NCBI GenBank assembly: GCA_002269645.1
Contig: NIVC01000859.1
Coordinates: 62,001-126,000 of the forward strand
Length of the DNA stretch: 64,000 nt
Direction of reading: 5' to 3'
Source of the DNA: Macrostomum lignano
Lineage: Eukaryota
Below are positions 30,393-43,700 of this stretch, piece by piece. Positions within the stretch are counted from its first letter, which is position 1. Each line of letters begins with the position of its first letter. The translations under genes and the position numbers were made by a program. The notes under the pieces are model-generated. The model saw nothing but the letters and a program-made list of their open reading frames with translations. It was not told the DNA's origin and ran no database searches.

Positions 30393-33300
30393 TAGTAGTA
30401 GTAGTGGTAGCATTAGTAGCAGTAGTAGTAGTAGCATTAGTAGTAGTATAGTCAGTATCAGTAGTATATTACTCACACTATCATTATACCTATCCAACAG
30501 TTCCTGCGGTTCAGCCTCAGCCAGCAGTCGGCCGTCACGCATCAGAGCCACCATGTGACCCTGGCGAGCCTCCTCAATGTAGTGAGTCGTGATCACGATT
30601 GACGTGGGGCGTTCCCGGTTGTTAACAATCGACAGCATGTGGTTCCAGATGCTGAGGGCGAAATGGGTGATGCATGATGCTAGTATGGCAATACAAAGTA
30701 TTACGTGTCTTGTAGTATATGAATTAGATGGACAGCGAATTACTTGACCCTGTACCGTAATTCCGGGGCTTAAACATCTACCAGCTGACACCTACAAACT
30801 GACATCTACCAGCTGACACCTACAAACTGACATCTACCAGCTGACACCTACAAACTGACATCTACCAGTTGACACCTAAAGCTGACATCTAAAGCTGACA
30901 TCTAAAGCTGACACCTACAAACTGACATCTAAAGCTGACATCTAAAGCTGAAATCTACCAGCTGACATCTAAAGCTGACATCTAAAAGCTGACACCTACA
31001 AACTGACCCCTACAAACTGACATCGACCAGCTGATATCTACAAACTGACATCTACCAGCTGATATCTACAAACTGACATCTACCAGCTGATATCTACAAA
31101 CTGACATCTACCAGCTGACACCTACAAACTGACATCTACAAACTGACATCTACAAACTGACATCTACCAGCTGATATCTACAAACTGACATCTACCAGCT
31201 GACACCTACAAACTGACATCTACAAACTGACATCTACAAACTGACATCTACCAGCCGACATCTACAAACTGACATCTACCTGCCGACATCTACAAACTGA
31301 CATCTACAAACTGACATCTACAAAATTACATCTATAAACTGACATCTACAAACTGACATCTACCAGCGGATATCTACAAACTGACATCTACAAACTGGCA
31401 TCTACAAACTGACATCTATAAACTGACATCTACAAACTGACATCTACCAGCTGATATCTACAAACGGACATCTACAAACGGACATCTATAAACTGACATC
31501 TACAAACTGACATCTACAAACGGACATCTATAAACTGACATCTACAAACTGACATCTACCAGCTGATATCTACAAACTGACATCTACCTGCCGACATCTA
31601 CAAACTGACATCTACAAACTGACATCTACCAGCTGATATCTACAAACTGAAATCTACAAATTGGCATCTACAAACTGACATCTACAAACTGACACCTACA
31701 AACTGACATCTACAAACTGACATTTACAAACTGACATCTAAAAAATGACATCTACAAACTGACATCTACAAACTGACATCTACAAACTGACATCTACAAA
31801 CTGACATCTACAAACTGACATCTACAAACTGACATCTACCAGCTGTATTAAATATAATGCTCAGAATCAGTCCGACTGCTCACCACTGCCTGAGCAGCGG
31901 GTCGACGCCCACGGTTGGCTCGTCCAAAATCAGCAGCGGCGGCCGATGCAGCAGGGCGCAAGCGAACGACACGCGACGCTGTTGGCCTCCGCTGGGTGTT
32001 GGAGTGAAGGATTGCATTTGATGAGTCATACAGTGATTATTGGTTGTGCAAGATGGCTAATTGAGTCATGGTGGACTGCAATATGAGTTATTGATTTCGC
32101 AAGATGAGTCATCGATTGATGATTGATTGTGCAAGATGAGTCATCGATTGATGATTGATTGTGCAAGATGAGTCATCGATTGATGATTGATTGTGCAAGA
32201 TGAGTCATCGATTGATTATTGATTTCGCAAGATGAGTCATCGACTGATGATTGATTGTGCAAGATGAGTCATCGATTGATGATTGATTGTGCTAGATGAG
32301 TCATCGATTGATGATTGATTGTGCAAGATGAGTCATCGACTGATGATTGATTGTGCAAGATGAGTCATCGATTGATGATTGATTGTGCTAGATGAGTCAT
32401 CGATTGATGATTGATTGTGCAAGATGAGTCATCGATTGATGATTGATTGTGCAAGATGAGTCATCGATTGATTATTGATTGTGCAAGATGAGTCATCGAT
32501 TGATGATTGATTGTGCAAGATGAGTCATCGAGTGACGATTTATGGCGGAAGATGAGTCATCGAGTGATTGATGATGTCGAGATGGTTCATACAGTAATTA
32601 TGATTACTTGCAAGATGTATATATGATGTATAATAGAGTGACTATTGCACAATGAGAGTCAAAACACAGAAAAATATACAAGATGAGCATAAAAAATTTA
32701 TCGTAATTCTCACCTAAGCTGACAGATCAATCGCCTCTTGCTAGGCAGCTCAAGCAGAGAGACCAGAAAGTCTGTCTGCCTGTCAATCTCCTGCGATGGC
32801 ATGTGAAATATCCGACCAAAATAGTACATAGTCTCTGACACGGTGAAGTCTTGATACAGAGCCAGGTCCTGCGGCATGTAGCCGATGAGATTACCGGGCA
32901 CCCGGTGACCCGGTTTACCAGGTCGGCCGCCCATCACTTGAACAACGCCCGCGTCGGGTTTGAGTCTGCCAACCACGCATTTGAGCAGAGTGGTCTTGCC
33001 GCAGCCGCTAGGTCCGAGTAGGCCGTAACTGAATCGTAAAAATGAGCAATTGTTGAACAAGAACTGCTCAAGAACTTGGGCCGGGTCGATTTTCGTACAC
33101 GAGCAACAAAGTCAAAACGAGTTAATAAATGAGGTAACTTGTGCTCTCCAATTTTGAACAATACTGGCAAATCTTAGTAGTAGTGGTAGACTAGTAATCT
33201 ACACCCCTGAGGGGGATTCTGACTTACCTAAAGATCCTGAAGAGTCCTGACCTAAATAAGATCCTGATGGATCCCTGTTTCCTGACCTAAATAAAATCCT

Positions 33301-36300
33301 GATGTATCCTGATTCCTGGCCTAAATAACATCCTGATGGATCCCTGGCTCCTGACCTAAATAAGGTCTTGATTTATCACTAATTCCTGACATAAATAAGA
33401 TCCTGGTGTATCCCCTAATTCCTGACATAAATAAGATCCTGGTGTATCCCTAATTCCTGACATAAATAAGATCCTGGTGTATCCCCTAATTCCTGACATA
33501 AATAAGATCCTGGTGCATCCCCTGATTCCTGACCTAAATAAGATCCTGGTGTATCCCCTAATCCCTGACCTAAATAAGATCCTGGTGTATCCCCTAATCC
33601 CTGACCTAAATAAGATCCTGGTGTATCCCCTAATTCCTGACCTAAATAAGATCCTGGTGTATCCCCTAATCCCTGACCTAAATAAGATCCTGGTGTATCC
33701 CCTAATCCCTGACCTAAATAAGATCCTGGTGTATCCCCTAATTCCTGACCTAAATAAGATCCTGGTGTATCCCCTAATCCCTGACCTAAATAAGATCCTG
33801 GTGTATCCCTGATTCCTGACCTAAATAAGATCCTGGTGTATCCCCTAATCCCTGACCTAAATAAGATCCTGGTGTATCCCTGATTCCTGACATAAATAAG
33901 ATCCTGGTGTATCCCCTAATTCCTGACATAAATAAGATCCTGGTGTATCCCTAATTCCTGACATAAATAAGATCCTGGTGTATCCCCTAATTCCTGACCT
34001 AAATAAGATCCTGGTGCATCCCCTGATTCCTGACCTAAATAAGATCCTGGTGTATCCCCTAATCCCTGACCTAAATAAGATCCTGGTGTATCCCCTAATC
34101 CCTGACCTAAATAAGATCCTGGTGTATCCCCTAATTCCTGACCTAAATAAGATCCTGGTGTATCCCCTAATCCCTGACCTAAATAAGATCCTGGTGTATC
34201 CCCTAATCCCTGACCTAAATAAGATCCTGGTGTATCCCCTAATTCCTGACCTAAATAAGATCCTGGTGTATCCCTGATTCCTGACCTAAATAAGATCCTG
34301 GTGTATCCCCTAATCCCTGACCTAAATAAGATCCTGGTGTATCCCTGATTCCTGACCTAAATAAGATCCTGGTGTATCCCTGATTCCTGACCTAAATAAG
34401 ATCCTGGTGTATCCCCTAATCCCTGACCTAAATAAGATCCTGGTGTATCCCCTAATCCCTGACCTAAATAAGATCCTGGTGTATCCCTGATTCCTGACCT
34501 AAATAAGATCCTGGTGTATCCCCTAATCCCTGACCTACCCAGTGGTTAGAAAAATTGGGGCGTACCCTCTAGGCCGGCGCCCCGGCGGCCCTCAAGGGTC
34601 CGCCCCATCCCGCAAGATAAAAGTTTGTAGGTTTTCTTCTTTGTGCGTATGAAATATTTTTGTGAGGAAATTATGTAAAGAGCAGAATTTTTAAAGTTGA
34701 TTTTTTTAGTTTCGGGTGTTTTTGTGCTCAAACCTGACAGTACGCCTTTCAGTACGTGCAGTGGACAGTGGGGCGAACTATTGATATCCTTATTAATTAT
34801 TTTCTTGTATAATGAGCTCATTATTTATTTGCATTGACCAATCCTCATACTACAGCTAACTTGAACTTTTAACCCTTTGAGCAGCCATCTCTTTGAAAAA
34901 ATTGCTGCAAGCTCCAAAGTGGGGTATAGGCGACTCGTGCAAATTTTTCTGAGTTTCATACACTTCAGAAATTGGATGTGAACGCAAAAGTGTGCGTTTT
35001 AGCCTACCTACTTATAAGTAATACCTTTTGATCTTCGAAATCAACGCAACAAAAAATATATTTTTTAATACTCCACTACTTAAGCACTAGCGCATGTACA
35101 ATGTTGCTTGTATTCTTAAGTTTTCATTTAGATGAGTCCGATTTGGTGGTCAATTCAGGATTTTTAAAGTAGTGGGGGCAGATTTGCCCAAATTTTTGTT
35201 TTGGCCTAAAAAGCCAAAGTAAGCTCAAAATTTACCCCCCTTATATGCAAGTCTAGCCATGGCAAAGGGGGCGGCCGCCGGGTCTACTACATCTACGAGT
35301 ACATTTGACCGCCACAATTTGATCGCCGTTCTATTCAAGGTGAAATAGGGCGGCGGGCAAATTGTCTGGCGGGCAAATTGTCTGGCGGGCAAATTGTCTG
35401 GCGGGCAAATTGTCTGGCGGGCAAATTGTCTGGCGGGCAAATTGTCTGGCGGGCAAATTGTCTGGCGGGCAAATTGTCTGGCGGGAAAATTGTCTGGCGG
35501 GAAAATTGTCTGGCGGGCAAATTGTGGCGGTCTCCGCTGTCGGTCTCCCGCGGCCGCGCCCCCCCCCCTTGGATAGTGGCGTAAATAAATACTCATTTCA
35601 AAGTTTTACATGTAAGTAGGCGGCATACCCTTGCACAAGGTTGCATAATTATTTGAAAGCCGTATGCTTGTATGGGGTGGACAGTTGACAGTCAAAATGC
35701 CTATATCTACATGTACCTCCATACAGTAATACTTTTCCTATTAAACAACAATTAAGGTCAAAGATAACATATGCGTATGCCAGCAAAGGTTTAAAATTTT
35801 CAATAATTAATTGTACGGTACAATGCGATAGCAAAACAAACTAATCTTAGATGCAGCTATTATCTAGAATCTCGATTTATCTTCCAGAATTTTAGAGAAA
35901 TACAACTAGGACAGGGGAAATCCCGGAAAATCAATCAGGTTTGCCAAGCTGTATTAAAGGGGGACCAAGCGCATTTTTACCAAAATACAGAGCCACCCCT
36001 CCGCCCCCTTGGGTCTTTACCCTTCAGAATCCGCCCCCCCCCCACATAAGAAATTTCTGCTTGCGCCACTGCTAACAGTTCAAGTAATTCTGGAGAGCAC
36101 AGAGTGCTGTCTAGAGAAGCTGTTCAGGCTTGGCACAACGCGCCCGCCAAAATTTTGTTAATGTCAACTTTTGCTCATTGTAATGTTCGAAATTCCTTGC
36201 CAGGGATTGGCTAACTATTTTACTTTAAGTGCCAGATAGAGAATCTAGCTCAAGACTGCGGGCCAGAAGGAGGAGAGTGGAGGGGAGAGGGGAGAGATGT

Positions 36301-37673
36301 GAGATGTGAGAGGAGGGAAGAGAGGAGAGAGGCGAGATGAGAGAAAGAAGGGAGATAAGGGGAGAGAGGAGAGAGGCGAAAGGAGAGATGTCAGAGGAAG
36401 GGAGCAAGCAGTAGCGCAACCAGAAATTTTTTGAGGGGGGCGGATTCTGGAAGGTAAAGTCCCGTGAGGGGGGCGAAGGGGAGGCTCTGTTTTTGGCGAA
36501 AATTCGCTTGGTCCCCCCTTCAATTTTTTCTGAGTCTCCGCCTAAGGGGGGGACCGCCCCCCCCCGCCCCCCCCCCCGCCCCCCCCCCCCTGGTTGCGCC
36601 ACTGGGAGCAAGGAAAGAGGGGAAAGGAGGAGAGAGGGGAGATTTTGATGAGAAAAGGAGAAGAAATTAGCAAAAAGCTGAGAAGAGATGCAAACCTTGA
36701 GCGGGCTGGATTGTTATTGGCATGGGAAGTTAGAAAGGACCCGAGGGCCGGATAGAGAGACTGCGGGCCGCATGTGGCCCGTGGGCTGGAGTTTGCTGAC
36801 CCCTGCAGCCTGCAGTAGGCTATGCATGACGGGCCCAGTTAAGTGCATAATGGCAAATAAGAGACATGGGAGATTGGAGATAGGAGACTGTCTCCCCTGT
36901 CTCCCCTTCATTTATCTCCCCGATTACGAGTAGGGCACAGTCACTCAGTCACATTTTGATACATAGACATAGATATTTTCTCAGTTTTCATATTCATAGG
37001 CGGTCAGAGCTCAAATGGGACAGGTCATGAATAAATAACAATCTAACCCCCGCCTTGTCATTTTTCCGGATGAATAAATCCACTGAATCATAAAGGTTTC
37101 AAAGTGCATTTGCGTTCTCATGACAGTTTTTGCCACTCAATTATTCTAGTCTTACTGAATCCCCGAGTTAACAGAAAATTATAGCTCGGCGCACGTCCGC
37201 CAGCTTGAATATTCTCGCTATATTGTTCTCTATTTGCGATCGTCTTTTACAACCCGACATCAATAAAACCTGTGTGGGCTTTATCTCTCATTAACAGAAA
37301 TCTCTCATCAATTATAGCCTGTATAAAGCTTACTCATTTAGAGTTGCTCTTAGAAAAATGTTTTGAATTTCCTGGCCAGTGGCAATAACCCGTAATGACA
37401 GGGCAATGCAAGGAATTATTTTAACCTAGAGGTGACAGCTAATTTTGGCCAATTCATTTCAGTTGGGGTGGGGGGGTTAGAAGAAAGGCTAGAGAAGTGA
37501 TATGGGAATTTCTACGTTGTACCGTTCTTGCCTGCTTAAGCGAACCTATGCGAAACAAACAAACTGTCCTGACTCCTTATCAGTGCAGGTCATCAAGTTT
37601 TTTCTATTCCCATATTGCACCAAAGATAAAGGAAGAACAAAGACGAATTTCGTGCGAGGCTTGACAAGGTCTG

Positions 37674-37728
<55 letters not shown>

Positions 37729-40700
37729 TTACAACCTAGCATAAACACATAAATACTTTGATACGGAAAGTATTGATTCGATCTGACCTAAAATAGGTGC
37801 CAGCAAAAGAAAGAAAATATTCATAGCATTTTATATGTGCTTAAAAGTAAAACCAGATGGTAACAGATGGAAATTGCAGTTGTGCAGCTAGTTGATTATT
37901 ATCAATGGGATAAGTAAAATATTACAAAAATTCTGTTGGCTTGAATTGGAGGTAGGAATACTGTATACAATACCATTAGTATTTCATATACTGGGGTTTA
38001 AGAAAATAAATCCCCCATTTCAGCCGCATCACCTCCCACTAAGTTTCCGGCCCCTCCACCCCTCCTACACAGTTTTGAGCTAAATTACCCCTCCGGCCTC
38101 TATAACACCGAATTTTAAGCTGTACCTAATTCTAGGGTTCAAGAATGTAAACAATAAAGATAGAAGCAATATAATCAGTCTCTAAAATAACTCCAGTTCA
38201 TGAATGACCGATCGCCAGGCTTGTAGTAAACTCGTGAAACTGCGGATCCTAAAAGTAAAGATAAAATGGCAGTTTGCGATCGAGTATGCATCGTAATATA
38301 CTAATATTTAACTCACAATCTACAATCATGTCTGCGTGTTGAAGCTGAGAACATATACAGGAAGAAATTGCAGAATTGCAGAATACAGGGAATACGAGAA
38401 TCGAGATAGAAGGAAATCGGATTGATATAAAAAACAGAGAAAGATATTTTTAGTACTCACTTGCGACTCACGCGTCCTACATCAGGCCTCCTCGGAGTCA
38501 CCTGTCAGAGGAATGACAAAAAAATGGCTTGCTGGATCCCTGTCCGCTCCAGCAAGATTGGCAAGCAGATTCGCAGGCAAAATCCAGCACTTTCGCTCAG
38601 GTGTGCCAGTTAGAACACCAGATGTCATCCTGTACAAGCCGATTCCCAGACGCAAAGATGGATATGGGTTGGCGTAGATGTTGTCAACTGGGTGTAAAAT
38701 CCTGCCAGTGACTTGATTAGCTTCACTTACAGCTTCGATTAGGACGCATACTTTGTCGATTATGCAACAATTATCACCTCGCTTTGTGCTGAATTTCAAC
38801 GGTGGAATGCGCTGCTCATTCAACAGAAGATCGCGAACTCTGAGCACCTGCTTAACTGAATGCGCTGCCATGTGCCTTGTCACCTTTACGCGGCGCTTTA
38901 CAGATCCAAGAAAGTTTTCGAAAGGGAAAGTCGAAAAGTTGTTTAAACTGCCTAGCTTTCGGACAAACTCATCCAAATGAAGAATAGTGTGAAGATTGAA
39001 ACTTATAAACTTCTGGCCGTAAAGGTGGGCAGCCCGTTCAACAAAAACTTCAATGCAAGTTTTTGCCTGCGTCCACCACTTGGAGTACCTTTCGTTGGAG
39101 TATGCGTAAATGGCGAAATGGAGGTAAAGAAAGTGGTTATACCTTTCTTCATTTAAAATGCCTTTGAAGAGGACAGGTCCTAGGTACAGCAAGTACTGTC
39201 TGAATTCAGTAGCCTTCATGTGCTTTAGTTCCAAGTCGATTTTCCGGGGTCTTCGTTGAAAGTTTGAAGGTGTCCAACCGGCAGCCATAGTAATTCGGTC
39301 GCCCAATAGGCTCATCGGACCGGGATAGACGAGACACTTCTTGCCATTAGATTTGTCGAAAAATAGGTAAAAAGCTTCCTTGTGACTCCAAGGCAGACGG
39401 CATGCTGGTAGTCAGGGGGAAAAGCATCGACAAAACTAATGTTAGGCAAATTTAGAAGGGGCGATAGAGCGATTTTTTTATTTTCCTGGTTAGACTCCTT
39501 TCCCTCTCGGTATTGTTGGCTGCTACGAGACTCCCCGACGCTCGTTGAAAATGTTACTCTGTTGTCGGTATAAGGTCCAGTAGCCCTGCAGTACATGCAA
39601 CCGACGTACGACATGTGCCCTTGAGTTACTGAGACCCAGGCTCGAGCAGGCGCATCGCAAACAAATCGGATAGTCGAGAAGCTGATGCTTAAATTTTCGA
39701 TAATTTTAATGGGACCCGTAAGAAAACGTTTAGCCTCGTCGCAAAATTGTCGAAGATAATCATTCAGAGGTGGCTTGCCACAACCAGCCCATACGGCTAC
39801 TGGAAAAGGTCTGCTGAATACGCTGGGAATAGACATTAGTATGGGCCAAAGACCGAAGTGGCTTGCTCGGTACAAAGGCAAGCCGTCAAAATTAACGATG
39901 GCTTCAATTTTGTAAACCTTCTCAGTTTCACTATCGTGTTGTAGATATTCTGGCTTCATGTGCAGCTGGTTTTTGCGAAACATTAGTTCTAGATTTTTCA
40001 GAATCGAAATGTAGCGAAAATGGCCTTTTCCCATGGCTCCAATTTTTCCGTTGGATCGCCAGCATTGATGACGGCCTCAATAGAGTTGACAGACTTCGGC
40101 GCAGGCAAGCCTATGTCTCTTAGACCATCAACAAGGAATTTTTTAGATCCACGACTTAGGTTGAAACAAGAAAAGTAGACTACCAGCAAGGCGAATATTT
40201 TATCTTCTAAAGAGCGGTCATCCTCTTTCTTGTCAATCTCCTCATCTTCATCGCTGCAAACTCGCGCGAACTCGTCAAAATCAGGATAGCTGCCATTGTC
40301 GTTGCCAAGATCTGGATCAGTACCTTCATTGATTTCTGCTACAGAGGACTCCGAAGCGATGAAACCGGCGACTCTCCCAGAATCATCTGCTTCGACTACT
40401 TTTCTTTTTTTCTCTTGCAGTGCGATGTCTTCCAAAGCTTCTTGTTCTCCTTCCATGAACAAGCCCAGCAAATCCTTATTTGCTTGTCGCCTCAATTGCC
40501 TTGTCATTGTTTTCGTCCGAATCAGACTTTGATGATAGTTGACTGTTGTAATAAAGTAATTACTACGATTGCTTATTTCGTATTAAAGAAAGTATATGAA
40601 CAAAAGCTGGGAAGAATTGAAAACTATTCCTTTGGGGGTTTGTGCGCGCTGATTGGACAGGTATGGGTGCGGGGACGGTAGGGCCAATGAAATTGGAAAA

Positions 40701-43700
40701 GCCATTGCGGCCTTTTTCATTCGAAGAACTATAGAAGACAATTGCTTCTAGAAGCAACCTAAACCACTGAATCATTAAATAAGCATAAACTATAGTGTGA
40801 GCTCCAAACTCTTGCTTTATTTGGTACTCAGTTTTGCACTAGCATAGTCTAGTCTGCATGCTACAATGAAGTTTTTAGTGATCTTTAAAGACGACCGTCA
40901 AATTGTTGAGGTCCCGGAAAGCGAACTGAAGCTTCCTGAAGGCTTTCAAAACCTTAAGGAAGAGGAATGGTTAGAAAAGAGGGACTCCACTGAGAAGTGG
41001 AAGTGTGAAGCCTTGTATGAAGGCTGTTTTTACTCTGCTCTAATTATTCAGGTAAGCAACCGATCCCAACGATATTTGAAATGTTAAAATTCTTGAATCG
41101 ATCTAATATTTGTACGCTCATATTTTCTCATTAATTTAAAGGTAATACTAAGCAACAACCTAGAGCCTGGGAGCTTCCGCTTTGTGCGTGAATTGGTGGC
41201 CAAAAAGACCCGACTGAACCGAATTCTCGAGTTGGTTCAACCCAGAGTCTTTCAGGAGCGTGACATGAAGAAAGCACGAAGGCATTACCAGACTAAGGTA
41301 AAATTAAGCACAGCCCATATAATTTTTATCGAGAACTTTGTTTTCTCCGTTTTACCTTTTAAACTAATTTTTAAGAAAAGGGAAGAAATTAAATGTGAGA
41401 ATAATCTTTAAAACTGACATTACCTTGATAATTTCTCATGCCGTAACCATCCCAAACAGAATCTGTCAGACGGCTCAGCCACCGATTCCGAGGCAATCTT
41501 CGAAGATAAGAGCAGCCGCTGTTTGCAACCTCCAGCTTTGCTGCCTAAACAACATCCGCCTACGATTGCACAGTTAGCGCCAATGCCTCCTATTAGTGAT
41601 GATGAAGCAGAAGCTGGCGTAGACGCCGATATGGAAGCTGAGGCGGAAGCTGAAGTGGAAGCTGAGGTGGAAGCTGAGGTGGAAGCTGAGGCGGAAGCTG
41701 AAGTGGAAGATGAGGCGGAAGCTGAAGTGGAAGCTGAGGCGGAAGCTGAAGTGGAAGCTGAGGTGGAAGCTGAGATCGGAGCTGAGGTGGAAGCTGAGAT
41801 GGGAGCTGAGGCGGAAGCTGAGGCGGAAGCTGAGGTGGAAGCTGAGATGGGAGCTGAGGTGGAAGCTGAGGCGGAAGCTGAAATAGAAGCTGAGTTCGTA
41901 GCAGATGATCGATCGACGATTCCTAAGTCGCCTCCCACCATTTCATCTTTTAATTTTGGTTCTGGCTTTCTTAGAAAACTAGAAGAGCAGATCCAAGCCG
42001 GTGTTAGCTTTGAGCTGGAAAGTCCAAGAGGCATCAAGTTTCTGTCCTTATATGCCCTACGCGAACTTACTATGCGCAAGAATGAATTGAAAGCATTAGA
42101 AAATGGTTTGACCAAACAAATCACCGCAATGCGCACTGAAGTGCAGAGCGTGCTACGCTTTTTGGTACCGGTTGGCGCTGACATTCCAACTGATAATTCT
42201 GAGCCTTCATTCTGGCCGATCAACTCCTGGGAAAAATATGTGCAATTCGCTTCCAATCCAAATGAATATATTTCTACTTTGGTAAGTTCATGACTGAGTT
42301 TTTTATTTTCTTTTCATTAAAAGAAATGCTCTAACTACTACTCAAAGCGCACTAGTACTATCACTGTGAAATAACAATCTATAAGTATTCTCACCTGTAA
42401 AAATCTAAACAGAAGAGCCTGCTACGTTCATGCAAGCGAGACAAGTGGTCCGATGCTTTAATGGCAATGCTTAACGAGAGCTTGTCGAAAGAGATGCAGG
42501 CGGTTATTAATTTAATCGGGTCAGACATGCGAAGCCGAGCTGTTGCTGCTGGAGTTGCGACCAACCTTGCTGATGCGCAGCTTGGATTTCAGAGCACTCT
42601 GCTCAGCCATTTCCAAAGTAAGTCTACTTAATCAACGTTCAATGAGACTTTTAAAGCTAAATATCAAGAAATTAGTCGAGCACAGCGCATGCTATTCATA
42701 GTAACTTTCAACTTTTTTCCTAACAGAAGCAATCACATTCATCTATGGCGCGACCGCTGAAGCCGGCAGGCCCTCTGAACAATCTGTAAGAAATACTTGC
42801 AGACAGCAGCTAAAGCATGGCGGTGACCGATTAAAGGGGCGGTCGCATCGCACAGGAAGCCAGCTGCTTTCCGGAGTCCAGACTCAAAGCCCCGCTTCTG
42901 ACAGCACCGTACAAAGACAGTCTCTGGTGGCAGCGACTCCAAGCCCCGCTTCTGGCAGCGCCGTACAAAGACAGTCTCTGGTGGCAGCGACTCAAAGTCC
43001 CGCTTCTGGCAGCGCTGTGCAAAGACGATCTCTGGTGGCAGCGACTCAAAGTCCCGCTTCTGGCAGCGCCGTGCAAAGACAGTCTCTGGTGGCAGCGACT
43101 CCAAGCCCCGCTTCTGGCAGCGCCGTGCAAAGACAGTCTCTGGTGGCAGCGACTCCAAGCCCCGCTTCTGGCAGCGCCGTGCAAAGACAGTCTCTGGTGG
43201 CAGCGACTCCAAGCCCCGCTTCTGGCAGCGCCGTGCAAAGACAGTCTCTGGTGGCAGCGACTCAAAGCCCCGCTTCTGGCAGCGCCGTGCAAAGACAGTC
43301 TCTGGTGGCAGCGACTCAAAGCCCCGCTTCTGGCAGCGCCGTGCAAAGACAGTCTCTGGTGGCAGCGACTCAAAGTCCCGCTTCTGGCAGCGCCGTGCAA
43401 AGACACAGCCATTCATCTTCTTTTTCCCTAGTGAGTAAAAACGTATCTAAACTGAATAATGAACGATGAATACGATGATTGATAAGCATTAAATACTACT
43501 GTCAGTAAGATAAAATGTGCATGCAGTAATTTTTTGTTTTCTTTCCAATGTCACAGACACCATCGCGACTATCAGCGGGAGAAGTGCCGCCAGCGGTGAC
43601 AGCAAAGCCGAGCTCCCAATCCAGAAAGCGAGCGAGTATTCAGTTGGATTCTCAGCCTCGAAAGCGGAACAACCATCGCCCCCGTTCAGCAAAGTCAAAA

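Noticed and set aside
29915-30460. Poly-Leu, poly-Val and poly-Tyr ORFs
   Set aside because: Artefacts of (TAG)n in ABCH intron 4.
33240-34537. CRISPR-like regular array / [12 protein letters not shown] repeat protein
   Set aside because: Head-to-tail minisatellite with no unique spacers, no cas genes, and a eukaryotic intronic context.
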